A stretch of DNA of 64,000 bases from the human T2T-CHM13v2.0 reference genome, Homo sapiens, in the NCBI RefSeq assembly GCF_009914755.1, contig NC_060926.1, one strand, 5' to 3'. This document shows positions 63,291 to 64,000 of the stretch, in pieces (the first letter of the stretch is position 1; each line of letters opens with the position of its first letter). A program made the position numbers and the translations under genes. A model generated the notes under the pieces. It was not told the origin of the DNA and ran no database searches. It saw only the letters and a list, made by a program, of their open reading frames with translations.

Positions 63291-64000
63291 AGTTCTGATT
63301 GAGCATGTTCTTTGTACAGGGAGCTACAGAAGGTCTCAAGATCATGAATGCTGTACCCTCGTTCCAGATATAACTGGAGGGATCTGACATAAGTACAGAG
63401 AATCAGAAGAGTGACTTTAGTACTGGAGCTTGTAACTTACAGCTTGGCCAAGCTTTCTCCCCCAGCGCACATTTGGTACTCACGCAGCTCCTCAGGTAGA
63501 CAGGGCAGGTTGCTTAAACATTACTCACCCCCAGCTTGCAAATGCAGACCCTGACTCTCAGAGGGGTTATTGGCTGCCCAAGAGCACACAGTGGGCAGAT
63601 GTAGAGGACACAAAGTATCCAAGGAGGGGCCTGGGCAGGATGGAAATTAGACTCCCTAGGGGATACCCTGCAGGTTAGGCAAGCCAGGAAGGTTCTAGAA
63701 AAGGCAGAACTTGACTGGGACCTTGGATATGAGCAGGCAATGGGTGGAGGTATAGGAAGGATGCACAATGAATACATTTGATGTCTTAAATGTAAACATC
63801 AAAGGGACAGAAACAGTGTTTTTTGGAGCTTAGATTCACACGGTAAAGGCTAATCTGATGACCCACAGCAGAACTTCGTACTTTGTCTTCTCTGTGGCAA
63901 GCATGGTGATCCTGCTCCTTCCTCCATGACCCCTAAAGTTTCTGGGGCCCTGCTGTGATCTTTCACTCAGGAGCCTGCATTCTAAAAGGCTGGCCTGGGA

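Overview
This is mammalian, almost certainly human, intronic or intergenic DNA. The species call rests on an AluYb element at 50412-50730 that matches the young human Yb9/Yb11 lineage. I could not recognise the locus or any known protein-coding exon. The listed ORFs I could assign arise from Alu, L1, LTR or microsatellite sequence; the rest look like chance ORFs. No rRNA, tRNA or CRISPR was seen. More than half of the window is transposon-derived: a ~7 kb decayed L1MA5-like element with four nested insertions, several L1PA/L1MA/L1ME fragments, HAL1, L2/L3/MIR relics, Alus and Alu monomers, MaLR LTRs (MLT1, THE1/MST, one with internal sequence), a solo LTR12C and hAT MITEs. Subfamily names come from remembered consensus sequences and need RepeatMasker/Dfam confirmation. 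The most interesting signals are: (1) a consensus-perfect AluYb11-type insertion with a pure A30 tail, perfect 13-bp TSD and a nearby Pol III terminator, a candidate polymorphic and active source element; (2) a chain of minus-strand splice-site-flanked segments, including a 74-nt exon with GCCACCATG just downstream of a co-oriented LTR12C and an RFX X-box, a 23-nt microexon, and a strong acceptor whose frame stays open for 58 codons, together a hypothetical LTR-driven transcript or microprotein; (3) mutational scars: a tiny twin-primed L1, a tailless L1, three closely spaced 8-bp hairpins and several local duplications; (4) a ~400-bp Alu-tail-derived polypurine tract. The transcript model is inference only, and AG|GTAAG donor counts on their own are at chance level.
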